Assembly (NCBI GenBank): GCA_963730935.1
Contig: CAVSTP010000002.1
Span: forward strand, 480,001 to 544,000
DNA length: 64,000 nucleotides
Reading direction: 5' to 3'
Source of the DNA: an uncultured Nitrospiraceae bacterium
Lineage (GTDB): Bacteria > Nitrospirota > Nitrospiria > Nitrospirales > Nitrospiraceae
A model generated the notes under the pieces. That model was given only the letters and a program-made list of their open reading frames with translations, did no database searches and was not told the DNA's origin. The position numbers were made by a program, and so were the translations under genes. Positions 22,205-32,007 of the stretch are shown here, piece after piece; within the stretch, counting starts at the first letter, position 1; each line of letters begins with the position of its first letter.

Positions 22205-23079
22205 CGCCGGGTCAACCCGGCCAGGTCTTCAATGCAGCCGACGACGATCTCACTGACTCCCTCGAGAAAATCCAAGTCCAAGGTGTCCAGGGTGTCGCTG
22301 GGCTGATGATAATGGGGATTGCGGAAATTTGCCGTGTCGGTCAGCATGACGGCCCGATAGCCCTCGTCCCAGAACGCCGCGTGATCGCTCCGACGCACGT
22401 CCGGCAGGCTTTCGCCGCGCGCGGGGACCGCCAAGGCAAGGATGGGCGTGGTCGGCGCGACTCTGCGGGCATTGCGCTCAACCGCGGCAACGAGATCCCG
22501 TGAAGCCTCGTTGCCCACAATGCCGAGAAAATTCCCGACCGTCGGAATAGCAATGGGGACCCCGGGTGGCGTGCGCTGGGAGCCGGCGTCCCGGCTGGTA
22601 TATCCAACGCATTCGAGCACGATCGCGCCGTCCAACAGCTGACCGGTCTGTTTGAGTCCGGAAATGAAGGCCTGGCTGCCCAGCAGTCCATGTTCTTCGA
22701 GGCAAAACGCCGCGAGCCAGACCGGCCGTGCCACCACCAGATGCCTCAGCCGATCGGCCGCTTCAAGCAAGACGGCCAACGCGCTGGCATTATCGTCAGC
22801 TCCAGGTGAGCCCACGACAGTGTCGTAATGTGCGCCGATCAGCAGCGGGGGCTGCGCGCCCTTGCCCGGCCGTCCCGGCGGCGATTTGATGCCGAGAATA
22901 TTGAAGTAGGATTTACCCAGGGCTCGAAACGGTTGCCCGCTCGTCGTCCATCCGTATTCGGCAAACCGTGCCGCCAGATACTCGGCAGCCTGATTGAGTG
23001 CGTGGGGAGCGGTCTGCGGGTGGCGTTCTCCGACCAAGGACCGGAGATGGCGGAGAATGCTGGTCCGACGGTTGGCCAA
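22201..23079 (-). CDS. M28 family metallopeptidase
   Basis: GAHYD, GADDNAS, LEE, RRSDHAAFW, YHQPSD. Confidence 0.92.
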   Translation of the reverse strand: MANRRTSILRHLRSLVGERHPQTAPHALNQAAEYLAARFAEYGWTTSGQPFRALGKSYFNILGIKSPPGRPGKGAQPPLLIGAHYDTVVGSPGADDNASALAVLLEAADRLRHLVVARPVWLAAFCLEEHGLLGSQAFISGLKQTGQLLDGAIVLECVGYTSRDAGSQRTPPGVPIAIPTVGNFLGIVGNEASRDLVAAVERNARRVAPTTPILALAVPARGESLPDVRRSDHAAFWDEGYRAVMLTDTANFRNPHYHQPSDTLDTLDLDFLEGVSEIVVGCIEDLAGLTRR

Positions 23080-23094
23080 GGGAAGGTCGCGGTG

Positions 23095-23991
23095 CTACGC
23101 CGTAATTTCGGTACCGATGCCTTTGCGCGTGAATACCTCGAGGAGAATGGCATGCGGTATTCGACCGTCGATAATGTGGGCCTTGCCCACTCCCTGTTCC
23201 AGGGCATCCAGACACGCGTGTACTTTTGGCAGCATGCCCTCGGTGATCGTGCCTTTCTTGACCATCCGTTGGACGTCCTTGCGCGAGACGGTGGACAGAT
23301 GGCGTCCCTTGGCATCGCGGATGCCCTTGATATCCGTCATCATGACAAGCTTTTCCGCGTGCAAAGCTCCGGCGATCGCTCCGGCCACGAGGTCAGCGTT
23401 GATATTGTAGGTGTTGCCCTCCCGGTCGGTGCCGATAGGAGCGATGACCGGAATATAGTGGTCGCCCTGCAGCTTAAACAATAGGCTGGGATCGACCTTC
23501 TCGATATCTCCTACGAAACCGAAATCACTCTCGGCGTCATCTTCGTCGAGATCCCGTTCCAGACTTTCCGCCCACGCCCGCACCGTCAAGGGCTTCGACA
23601 GGATCAACCCTCCGTCTTTTCCGCTGAGACCGACGGCGCTCCCGCCGTGGCGGTTGATAAGATCCGTGATCTCCATGTTGATTTTGCCCGCCAGCACCAT
23701 CTCAACAATCTCCATGGTCGCTTCGTTCGTGACGCGCACGCCGTACAAAAATTTCGATTCGATGCCGAGGCGGTCGAGCATCTCGTCGATCTGCGGGCCC
23801 CCTCCATGGATGATGACGGGATTGAGGCCGACGTACTTCAACAGGACGATGTCCTGCGCGAACCGCTCCTTCAACGAAGACTCGGTCATCGCGTTGCCGC
23901 CGTACTTGATCACGATCGTCTTGCCGCGGAATGTGCGGATATACGGCAAAGCCTCGATGAGCACGTTGGCTTTCCGAATGAGCTTGTTCAT
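23095..23991 (-). CDS. argB: acetylglutamate kinase
   Basis: VIKYGGNAM, IHGGGPQI, NINADLVA, GMLPKV, DGRIPHA. Confidence 0.97.
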   Translation of the reverse strand: MNKLIRKANVLIEALPYIRTFRGKTIVIKYGGNAMTESSLKERFAQDIVLLKYVGLNPVIIHGGGPQIDEMLDRLGIESKFLYGVRVTNEATMEIVEMVLAGKINMEITDLINRHGGSAVGLSGKDGGLILSKPLTVRAWAESLERDLDEDDAESDFGFVGDIEKVDPSLLFKLQGDHYIPVIAPIGTDREGNTYNINADLVAGAIAGALHAEKLVMMTDIKGIRDAKGRHLSTVSRKDVQRMVKKGTITEGMLPKVHACLDALEQGVGKAHIIDGRIPHAILLEVFTRKGIGTEITA

Positions 23992-24088
23992 CGTCGGCTC
24001 CCCAGGCGGTCGCTCACCCCATTGACAGGCGCGACCATACCACGATGGGGCACGTGAGGCCCAGTGAAATTCGCAGAGAGCAGCGCTG

Positions 24089-25024
24089 TCACCGCTTCTC
24101 CCCCTTGGCGGGCCGACCGTCGGTCGCCCGGCCCGCCCTCGGATGGGCTCGATCATACACGGCCAACAACTGATCGGTGGCCACGTGCGTGTACCGTTGC
24201 GTCGTGCTGAGCGACGCATGTCCCAACATCTCCTGGATGCTCCGAAGGTCGGCACCCTCGTCGAGCAGATGCGTGGCAAATGAATGACGCAGCGTGTGAG
24301 GGCTGACCGCTCCACCCGCGAGCCGGCTCGAATATCTGGTCACGATGCGAGCCACACTCCGGCTGGTCAGCCGCCCTCCTCGCTGGTTGCAAAACAACGC
24401 CCGAGGCGGGACACCGGAAGATTGCCGCGGAAGACTCACGCGGTAACGTCGGATCGCGTCCAACGCCACCTCGCCGATGGGCACAATCCGCTCCTTCCGC
24501 CCCTTTCCCTGCAAACGGACCAACCCTTCCGGCTCGCGGACGTCCCCGATGTCGAGCGCCACCAGCTCGCTCACGCGCGCCCCAGTGGAATAGAGCGTTT
24601 CGAGCAACGCGCGATCCCTTAACGACCAGACCGTCTGTCCCGCCGGAAAGGTCATCAGGGCATCCGCATCATCTTTCGTCAGGACACGGGGGAGCAATTT
24701 GGGTTGTTTGGGCGTGCGCATCCCATCGACCGGATTGCGGCTCACCATGCCGCGCCGCGACAGGTAGCGGTAGAAACTTCTCACTGCGGCAAGCTTTCGC
24801 GCCAAGGAGGACGGTTTGCCGCCTTTCTGATCAAGCCACTGGAGATATGCCCGGACGGCGTCCGAGGAGAGCGAATTGGGATCGATTGGAGAGGACACCA
24901 GCCTACGTGAGAGGAGAAACTTGTGTAGCTGCCGCAGGTCTGACGCGTAATTGCGGAGGGTTTCCGGTGAAGCCCGTTGTTCGGTCCGAAGAAACCCTAT
25001 GAAAGCCCTGATCGGCTCATCCAT
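24089..25024 (-). CDS. xerC: chromosomal tyrosine recombinase XerC
   Basis: YSTGARVSEL, GKGRKER, PHTLRHSFATHLL, LGHASLSTTQRYTH; downstream of trmFO. Confidence 0.92.
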   Translation of the reverse strand: MDEPIRAFIGFLRTEQRASPETLRNYASDLRQLHKFLLSRRLVSSPIDPNSLSSDAVRAYLQWLDQKGGKPSSLARKLAAVRSFYRYLSRRGMVSRNPVDGMRTPKQPKLLPRVLTKDDADALMTFPAGQTVWSLRDRALLETLYSTGARVSELVALDIGDVREPEGLVRLQGKGRKERIVPIGEVALDAIRRYRVSLPRQSSGVPPRALFCNQRGGRLTSRSVARIVTRYSSRLAGGAVSPHTLRHSFATHLLDEGADLRSIQEMLGHASLSTTQRYTHVATDQLLAVYDRAHPRAGRATDGRPAKGEKR

Positions 25025-26310
25025 GCGGCATGGTCCTCAAGCGCTCGCTGCGAAATGAGCTGTCGCTTTCGCTCCTTATCTCTGACTGTCACAGAGAGGG
25101 GCGGGAAAAGTCCGAAATTCATGTTCATCGGCTGAAAGTGCCGCGGATCTGTGCCGGTGATGTAGGACACGAGGCAGCCGTGAGCAGTCGTTGGAGGAGG
25201 GGTAACCAACGGCAGACCTCGAAGCCCGCGGACCGCGTTGATGCCGGCAAGACCGCCCATCGCCGCTGAATCCGTATAGCCTTCCACACCGACCAATTGG
25301 CCGGCGAAGAACAGCGTGCTGCGGTCTTTGAACTGCAGGGTGTTCCGTAAGAGGTGGGGCGAGTTGATGAACGTATTGCGGTGCAGGCTGCCGTAGCGGA
25401 GGAATTCCGCCTGCTCCAAGCCGGGGATCATCCGGAAGACACGCTTCTGCTCACCATACGTCAAGCGGGTCTGAAATCCCACCATGTTATAGCAGGAGCG
25501 GTGGGCGTTTTCCGTTCGGAGTTGCACGACGGCATACGGCCGGGTGCCGTCCGGAGTCTCCAGGCCCACAGGCTTCAACGGACCGAACTGCATGGTCTGC
25601 TTGCCGCGCTCGGCCATCACCTCGATCGGCAGGCACGCTTCAAAATAAGGAATCTGTTCAAACGATTTGGGCTGGACCTTTTCCGCCGCCAGCAGGGCCT
25701 CATAGAAGTGGTGATACGTCGGCTCATCCATCGGGCAGTTGAGATAATCGTCGCCGCCCTTGTCATACCGTGACGCCCGAAAGGCCACCTCCGTGTTGAT
25801 AGACTCGGCATCGACGATCGGCGAAATCGCGTCATAAAAATACAGGTGATTCGATTGCGTCAGCCGCGCGATGGCCTGCGAGAGTTTGTCGGAGGTCAGG
25901 GGGCCGGTCGCCACGATACAGACGCAGTCGGTCGGAATGGCCGTGAGCTCCTCTCGAAGAATGCGGACATTGGGATGCCCCTCGAGCGCCTGGGTAATTT
26001 TCATGGAGAACTGCTCGCGGTCGACTGCGAGCGCCGATCCGGCCGGCACCCGTACTTCATCGGCAATCCTGATGATGAGCGACCCCTGGTGCCGCATCTC
26101 TGCTTTCAGAATGCCCGCGGCATTCAGTGGATCGGTGGAGCCCAATGAATTCGAGCAGACAAGTTCGGCCAACCCGCCCGTCTTGTGCGCGGGGGTCGCT
26201 TCCTTCGGACGCATTTCATAGAGCGTCACTTTGGCTCCCCGGTTGGCCGCCTGCCAGGCAGCTTCCGAACCGGCCAAACCACCGCCGATAATCGTGATGT
26301 CTTCGCGCAT
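24997..26310 (-). CDS. trmFO: methylenetetrahydrofolate-tRNA(uracil-5-)-methyltransferase
   Basis: GGGLAGSEAAW, ELVCSNSLG, YFYDAISPI, GQLVGVEGY. Confidence 0.96.
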   Translation of the reverse strand: MREDITIIGGGLAGSEAAWQAANRGAKVTLYEMRPKEATPAHKTGGLAELVCSNSLGSTDPLNAAGILKAEMRHQGSLIIRIADEVRVPAGSALAVDREQFSMKITQALEGHPNVRILREELTAIPTDCVCIVATGPLTSDKLSQAIARLTQSNHLYFYDAISPIVDAESINTEVAFRASRYDKGGDDYLNCPMDEPTYHHFYEALLAAEKVQPKSFEQIPYFEACLPIEVMAERGKQTMQFGPLKPVGLETPDGTRPYAVVQLRTENAHRSCYNMVGFQTRLTYGEQKRVFRMIPGLEQAEFLRYGSLHRNTFINSPHLLRNTLQFKDRSTLFFAGQLVGVEGYTDSAAMGGLAGINAVRGLRGLPLVTPPPTTAHGCLVSYITGTDPRHFQPMNMNFGLFPPLSVTVRDKERKRQLISQRALEDHAAWMSRSGLS

Positions 26311-26464
26311 CTGTGAGGGACTCCGAGAGAGAGCTGAGGTGAAGAAAAGGCATTGTAGAAATCGTCTTTCGGGGATGTCAAGGCGAGCACTGACTCGGCG
26401 CACAACCTCTCAGGCACTGCGCGCATTGAACCTCGTCAAAGCCCCATGTTAGACTCCCGCCGAT

Positions 26465-26539
26465 GGGCGATTAGCTCAGTGGTAGAGCGCTTCCTTCACA
26501 CGGAAGAGGCCACAGGTTCGATACCTGTATCGCCCACCA
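26465..26539 (+). tRNA. tRNA-Val (CAC)
   Basis: GGGCGAT...ATCGCCC-ACCA; anticodon arm CTTCC-TTCACAC-GGAAG; GGTTCGAT. Confidence 0.97.
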
Positions 26540-26699
26540 TCCCCTCAAAATCTCAGGAAATTCCTCACCTTGGCGGCCACAGGACCCCCAGTGGTGGAAA
26601 CCCGGCGTTTTCTGGACAGAACCCCGCCCCTCGGCTACACTTTCCTCAGTCAGCATTCATCGCTTATCGCCATTCGAGTCAGGACGCGAGGTAAGAGGT

Positions 26700-27047
26700 A
26701 TGAAAACAAAACTGATTGCGGTTGGTCTCCTCCTGATCGCCGGCCTGGTCGGTTGTGCCGGCCATCAGCAAACGACGGACGGGGATATCGGTTATGTGGC
26801 CCCCGCCAGCATCTATAGCGTGATGGACAGCACGGCCCTCGTGTACACCGACGTCGTCGCCGGCTCGCCCTTAAATGACAATCCTTGGCGCTGGTTGGGA
26901 TTTCTCTTGCATCCCGTGGGACAGGTGCTCGACTACGGCTTCAATCGACCAGTGTACTCCGTCACCGGCAGCATGCCTTATCTCTTCGGGTATACCAGCG
27001 AAGACGCGATGCTGGATGGCCAGCGTCGGCACTCTACGCGCTATTGA
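26700..27047 (+). CDS. hypothetical lipoprotein
   Basis: Lipobox LVGC; RBS AGAGG. Confidence 0.8.
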   Translation: MKTKLIAVGLLLIAGLVGCAGHQQTTDGDIGYVAPASIYSVMDSTALVYTDVVAGSPLNDNPWRWLGFLLHPVGQVLDYGFNRPVYSVTGSMPYLFGYTSEDAMLDGQRRHSTRY

Positions 27048-27070
27048 TCGAGCACAGGTCGTCTTCCGAC

Positions 27071-27110
27071 ACGCCCGCGTTCGTCCCTGCGAACGCGGGC
27101 GTTGTTGTCT
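27071..27110 (+). terminator. intrinsic terminator
   Basis: 13-bp stem ACGCCCGCGTTCG/CGAACGCGGGCGT followed by TGTTGTCT. Confidence 0.6.
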
Positions 27111-27159
27111 CAGGCCTGGTAAACCGCCTCCCTCTTTCGGTATTCTGCTGCACATCCAC

Positions 27160-28326
27160 ATGGCCGCACCTCGACACCGAGCGCTTTCGTCCGCACTGAG
27201 CGCGTTCATCACCATCATTGGCATCTTGCTGGCAGGGTGCGAGACCCCCAATCCCCGCCAGCAGAATCTCCCGCCCTCGGAGACGGACTTGGTCCTGCTC
27301 AAACCCGGTACCCTCTGTCAGCGTAAGCCGGCGTTTCTTCAACAGCACCCCCAATCCACGCTCGCGACCAAAGCTTGGGGATCGGGCCAGGAGCTCATGG
27401 TCCCGGCGGACCGCAGCGCGTCCCATGGGGATGAATCCTATTTTTTCGATGAGGACGGCACTCTCGTGGGAACGCTGTTCACGTTTTCTTCAGGTCTCGA
27501 TCTGGCGCCGTATTCGGTTCTCCGCCATACGCTCACGCTCCTGAAGCCCACACTGGAGTTCTACTTGACCGTCGCAAACTTCTCTGGGAAGTCCAACATG
27601 GATTCCAGTTCGCTGTATGAAACCGGCGACGAAAAAACCACGACGCAATATCTTGTCATCAGCGCCCGCGAGCACCCGACCTTGCTCCAAGCCTCTGTCA
27701 CCATCGATCCGTACGTCAGATTGTTTTCACCGTATCGCCGGGAGTTCTTGAACCGTTTGCGGCAGCCGAGCGGGAACCAACCGGGACAGCAGGTGGACAG
27801 TCAAGGTGCCGAGGACAAAGAGCCGTTCCCTTCGCTGCAACAGTTCGCCCGCGGTCAAACGGCGCAACTCTCATATTGCGGCGCCCAGCAATACGAGATC
27901 TCGGCCGATGCCTATCGCAAATCCATCGAGAGCGGATTCACCAACAAAGTATGGCTTGCGGAAGCGCACCACAAGCTTGGGCAGTCCTTCTTCGGATTAG
28001 GCCAGTACGAGAAGGCCAAGGTGGAAATGCTCCAGTCGCTGGCGATCAGGCCCAATACGCCGGAGATTCTCAACAGTCTCGGCTCAACCCAGCTGAAATT
28101 GGGCGACAAGGCGGGAGCCTTGGCGTCATTTGAAAAGGCCGTCAGCCTTCGACCGAATTACGCCATTGCCCGCTTCAATTTCGCCGAGGCCATCGAACCG
28201 ACCAATCCAAAGCGCGCGCTTTCGGAATACGAAACGTATCTTGCTCTTGTGGAGGGCATACCGGAGGAAGCGGACCGCATTGCCCTCGTGCAGCAACGAG
28301 TCAAAAAGCTCAGACCTCAGAAATAG
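27160..28326 (+). CDS. TPR-repeat lipoprotein
   Basis: Lipobox LAGC; C-terminal TPRs (AEAHHKLG, EILNSLG, ARFNFA). Confidence 0.85.
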   Translation: MAAPRHRALSSALSAFITIIGILLAGCETPNPRQQNLPPSETDLVLLKPGTLCQRKPAFLQQHPQSTLATKAWGSGQELMVPADRSASHGDESYFFDEDGTLVGTLFTFSSGLDLAPYSVLRHTLTLLKPTLEFYLTVANFSGKSNMDSSSLYETGDEKTTTQYLVISAREHPTLLQASVTIDPYVRLFSPYRREFLNRLRQPSGNQPGQQVDSQGAEDKEPFPSLQQFARGQTAQLSYCGAQQYEISADAYRKSIESGFTNKVWLAEAHHKLGQSFFGLGQYEKAKVEMLQSLAIRPNTPEILNSLGSTQLKLGDKAGALASFEKAVSLRPNYAIARFNFAEAIEPTNPKRALSEYETYLALVEGIPEEADRIALVQQRVKKLRPQK

Positions 28327-28329
28327 AAA

Positions 28330-28758
28330 CTACCTGCGGATTTTTTCTTCCTGCTCCTGGAGAGTCTTGCAGGCGATACAGAGCGTGGTCACGGGGCGGG
28401 CCTTCAAACGTTGGTAAGGGATCTCTTCTTCGCAGCGTTCGCAGATGCCGTAGATGTTCTTGTTCAACCGGTCCAGCGCCTCATCGATCTTCTTGAGCAG
28501 TTTCTGCTCCCGTTCTTTGATCCGCATGGAAAAATTCTGGTCCACTTCGGCGGAAGCCTGATCACTGACGTCCGGAAACGCCTCCGGCCGCTCGCGCTTC
28601 GTAAGGCCTTCGCCGGTCTCATCCAGAATGGCTTGACGCTGTTTTTCCAACTCCCGCCTGATGGCGCTGTATTTCCCACCAGCTGCCGGTTTGCGGGCTC
28701 GCTTGGCTGCAACAGATGTCCTGCGCGTCGTCCGCTTGGGTGAGTTCCGTGTTTTCAT
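28330..28758 (-). CDS. dksA: RNA polymerase-binding transcription factor DksA/TraR
   Basis: PDVSDQA coiled-coil tip; C4 zinc finger CERC...CIACK. Confidence 0.9.
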   Translation of the reverse strand: MKTRNSPKRTTRRTSVAAKRARKPAAGGKYSAIRRELEKQRQAILDETGEGLTKRERPEAFPDVSDQASAEVDQNFSMRIKEREQKLLKKIDEALDRLNKNIYGICERCEEEIPYQRLKARPVTTLCIACKTLQEQEEKIRR

Positions 28759-28840
28759 TCATCACCTGTAAGAGGAAAAATGAACGGAAGACTATAACAG
28801 GGGTTTTGAAATATGGTCAATGGGAAAGGGGACTGCAGGC

Positions 28841-29443
28841 TTATAAATCGCGTCGGCCCTCAATGGACTTCAGCAGCGTGACTTCGTCGGCATACTCGAT
28901 GTCCATGCCGACCGGAATGCCGTAGGCGATCCTGGAAACCCGTACGCCCAGCGGCTTTAATTGATTGGTCAGATAGATGGCGGTGGCTTCACCCTCGATG
29001 GTGGGATTGGTCGCGAGAATGACCTCTTGGACACCGCCGAGTTTCACGCGATCGATCAGTTCTTCGGCGCGGATGTCCGACGGGCCGATCCCATCGAGAG
29101 GAGACAGGGCGCCGAGCAAGACATGATAGAGTCCCCGGTAGGCGCCGGCCCGTTCGACGGCGTACAGCGTACTGGGCTCCTCCACGACCAGGATTCTGGT
29201 CTGATCGCGCTTCGGGTCCAAGCAGTATTCGCACAATTCCGCCTCAGCGATATTCCGGCATTGACGGCAAAACGAGAGACCGTCTTTAACGGCGCGGATG
29301 GCATCGGCCAGCCGTAAGGCCTCTTCCCGTTCGGCCTTGAGCAGATGAAAGGCCAAGCGCTGTGCCGTCTTTTGCCCGATGCCCGGCAACCGGACAAGTT
29401 CTCTCACCAGACGTGCCAGCAAGCCTTGTTGATCAACAGCCAT
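28841..29443 (-). CDS. recR: recombination protein RecR
   Basis: LPGIGQKTAQRLAF, C4 zinc finger, NPTIEGEATA. Confidence 0.97.
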   Translation of the reverse strand: MAVDQQGLLARLVRELVRLPGIGQKTAQRLAFHLLKAEREEALRLADAIRAVKDGLSFCRQCRNIAEAELCEYCLDPKRDQTRILVVEEPSTLYAVERAGAYRGLYHVLLGALSPLDGIGPSDIRAEELIDRVKLGGVQEVILATNPTIEGEATAIYLTNQLKPLGVRVSRIAYGIPVGMDIEYADEVTLLKSIEGRRDL

Positions 29444-29453
29444 CGCGACGCTG

Positions 29454-29777
29454 TCAAAAGAGGCCGGGAATGTTCATGCCGCCGGTCACTGATTTCATTT
29501 GGTCGGCCATCATCTGTCTCGCCTTCTTCAACGCGTCGTTCGATGCTGCCAGCACGAGGTCCTGCAACATGTCGACGTCTCCACTTTTGACGGCCTCCGG
29601 ATTGATCACGACGCTCACGATCTCCATGCCGCCGTTGGCCGTGACGCTGACCATTCCGCCGCCCGCTGTTCCTGTCACGGTTTTGGTGGCCGCTTCCTCC
29701 TGGAGCTTGGCCATCTGCGCTTGCATGGCCTGCGCCTGCTTCATGAGGTTGGCCATGTTGCCCAATGGATTTTTCAT
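29454..29777 (-). CDS. ybaB: YbaB/EbfC nucleoid-associated protein
   Basis: MKQAQAMQ, GGGMVSVTANG, DMLQDLVLAA; lies between dnaX and recR. Confidence 0.95.
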   Translation of the reverse strand: MKNPLGNMANLMKQAQAMQAQMAKLQEEAATKTVTGTAGGGMVSVTANGGMEIVSVVINPEAVKSGDVDMLQDLVLAASNDALKKARQMMADQMKSVTGGMNIPGLF

Positions 29778-31552
29778 TCCTGCACCTCTTGTCGATTCGA
29801 GATCGTCCTGACATCGGCGAGTTCCGCTCCGAAGATTTCCAGCGCCTGCTTGACCACCGGATGCGCTTTCGCCCGCTCCAAGAGTACGAGCTTCTGTTCC
29901 TGTTCTTTTGCCGCCCTAATCTGCGCCATCGTGGGACCAGGCGGATCCGTGTCCGTCAACTCGACGACGCGGACCCGGACCGGCTGCCCGCTCATCCGTT
30001 CACACAAGGAGGTCAGCGACTGAATATTGTCGGCCTTCTCGAGCATGGCCCGCGCGACGGTCGCCTGCTTGCCAAAGCCGATCGTCACGGCGTTGCCCTC
30101 GATAGCGACCAACCGTCCCATTTCAAGAAACGGGGCGATGTTGGGAAAGCTGTGGCCGACCTCTTCTTGCAACCGCTCCCAATCCAAGGTCACAGCCTGC
30201 GGCGGTCGGGCTTCAGTCGTCTGAGCTCCCGCGGGACGCTTCGCCGATTCCGAGCACGGCGGTTGGATCGTGTTGGCGGCAGCTCCAGCGGGCGCAGGCC
30301 TGGGCGTTGGTATAGCCATAGGAGGCGCGGTAGAACGGGGCGGTGTCGGGGCGCCCGCCGGACGCGACGTCGGCGTCTTTTCAGATCGGACAGCAGCCGG
30401 CTGAGTCGGACCCGAAGAAGCCGCGCGGGCCGGCTGTTCAAGAGCGACCTCCTCCTTCCTGAGCAGCCGCGTAGCCTTGACTGCTGCCGTTTCCAGGACA
30501 AATCGGGGATGCGCGCTGAATCTCAGCGCGTCTTCGGCCTGGGTGAAGAGCGCGAACAGCTGCTGGATGTGCTCCGGAGTGAGCGAACCCTTGTCGGCCG
30601 CAAGCTGCGCCAAGTCGTCAGCGGAGGCTTCGATGAGGACAGACCACTCTTGTGATGGAGTGACCGAAACCACCAGCAGGTTGCGCAGGTATTCGACCAC
30701 GTCGGCACAGTAGGCACGCAGGTCGTGTCCTCCTTCGATCAGCTGAGACAGGGCGCGAAGGGCCGCAGCACTGTCCTGCGAGATAATGGCCTGGATGAGT
30801 GACCGTAGCAGCTCCTGTGGCACCGCGCCCAGCAGAGTTTCGAGGTCGGCATGGACGATTGACTTGCCGCCAAAGGCCACTGCTTGGTCGAGCAAACTCA
30901 GACCGTCCCGCATACTGCCTTCGCTGGCCCGAGCCAATGCGGCGAGACTCCGCTCTTCGAGTTCGATGCCATCCTGTTCGGCCACGTGGCGCAGACGGGC
31001 GATGATCTCCGTTTTCGCGATTCGGCGGAAATTATAATGCTGGCAGCGGGAAAGGATCGTCGCCGGAATTTTGTGGATCTCGGTCGTCGCAAAGATGAAC
31101 ACGACATGGGAGGGCGGCTCTTCAAGCGTTTTGAGCAACGCATTAAAGGCGGAATTCGACAACATATGGACTTCGTCGATGATGTAGACGCGGTAGGCCC
31201 CCTTAAAGGGGGTGAACTTGACGTTTTCTCGGATCTCGCGGACGTCATCCACGCTCGTATTCGATGCGCCGTCGATTTCAATGACATCCACGGAATGGCC
31301 TTGCGCGATCTCCGTGCAATTGACGCAGATCCCGCAGGGCATGCCGGTCGGGCCCTGCTCGCAGTTCAGCGCCTTGGCGAGGATGCGCGCCACCGTCGTT
31401 TTTCCTACGCCCCGCGTCCCCGAAAACAGATACGCTTGGGCGATGCGCTTGGTCGTAATTGCGTTGACCAGCGTTTGGACGACATGGGGCTGGCCGATCA
31501 CATCGTCGAATGTGCCCGGCCGGTATTTTCTCGCGGAGACTTGGTAATCCAT
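29774..31552 (-). CDS. dnaX: DNA polymerase III subunit gamma/tau
   Basis: ARKYRP, GTRGVGKTT, EIDGASN, DEVHML, KTLEEPP, SRC. Confidence 0.97.
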   Translation of the reverse strand: MDYQVSARKYRPGTFDDVIGQPHVVQTLVNAITTKRIAQAYLFSGTRGVGKTTVARILAKALNCEQGPTGMPCGICVNCTEIAQGHSVDVIEIDGASNTSVDDVREIRENVKFTPFKGAYRVYIIDEVHMLSNSAFNALLKTLEEPPSHVVFIFATTEIHKIPATILSRCQHYNFRRIAKTEIIARLRHVAEQDGIELEERSLAALARASEGSMRDGLSLLDQAVAFGGKSIVHADLETLLGAVPQELLRSLIQAIISQDSAAALRALSQLIEGGHDLRAYCADVVEYLRNLLVVSVTPSQEWSVLIEASADDLAQLAADKGSLTPEHIQQLFALFTQAEDALRFSAHPRFVLETAAVKATRLLRKEEVALEQPARAASSGPTQPAAVRSEKTPTSRPAGAPTPPRSTAPPMAIPTPRPAPAGAAANTIQPPCSESAKRPAGAQTTEARPPQAVTLDWERLQEEVGHSFPNIAPFLEMGRLVAIEGNAVTIGFGKQATVARAMLEKADNIQSLTSLCERMSGQPVRVRVVELTDTDPPGPTMAQIRAAKEQEQKLVLLERAKAHPVVKQALEIFGAELADVRTISNRQEVQE

Positions 31553-31622
31553 ATTCTTTATCGGTTCCTAGGGCGATGGACCGAGCGTGATGTTGGGAGT
31601 CTGGTTGAGCATTCTGAGAAGC

Positions 31623-31723
31623 GGGGCCAGGTGATCCTGCGGCACCCAAAACGTTCTGCTTACCGTTGCTTCCTTCCGGACCTGGCGGGGTTCACAGGGT
31701 TCTGTTGCACAGGGCCCAGCCCC
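31623..31723 (-). ncRNA. ffs: small signal recognition particle RNA (4.5S)
   Basis: Minus strand contains the conserved CAGGTCCGGAAGGAAGCAAC loop within a long stem GGGGC...GCCCC; immediately upstream of dnaX. Confidence 0.95.
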
Positions 31724-31818
31724 TTATCCTAACAGACATTCTGAGACGGAGAGGCAGTCAGGTGTTTCCCTATCGCCGTTCATCAATAACCGTGAATCCA
31801 GAGCGAGCGGACTCGGTT

Positions 31819-31908
<90 letters not shown>

Positions 31909-32007
31909 GCGAGCATCGAAGGGCGAATCTTAGCATGCGCTTCCAAGAGCGGCAAGGCGCGTTTGACCGGTCTGATGTGCTTACTTATACTGCGCGAGGA
32001 GGCGACC

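Noticed and set aside
24089..25024. xerC as a mobile-element integrase
   Set aside because: It has canonical XerC motifs and a housekeeping context (trmFO, argB).
26465..26700. tRNA-Val as an island integration site
   Set aside because: There is no integrase or composition shift next to it.
29774..31552. Programmed frameshift in dnaX
   Set aside because: No A-AAA-AAG slippery site or long A run was seen. The Pro/Ala stretch is the usual linker.
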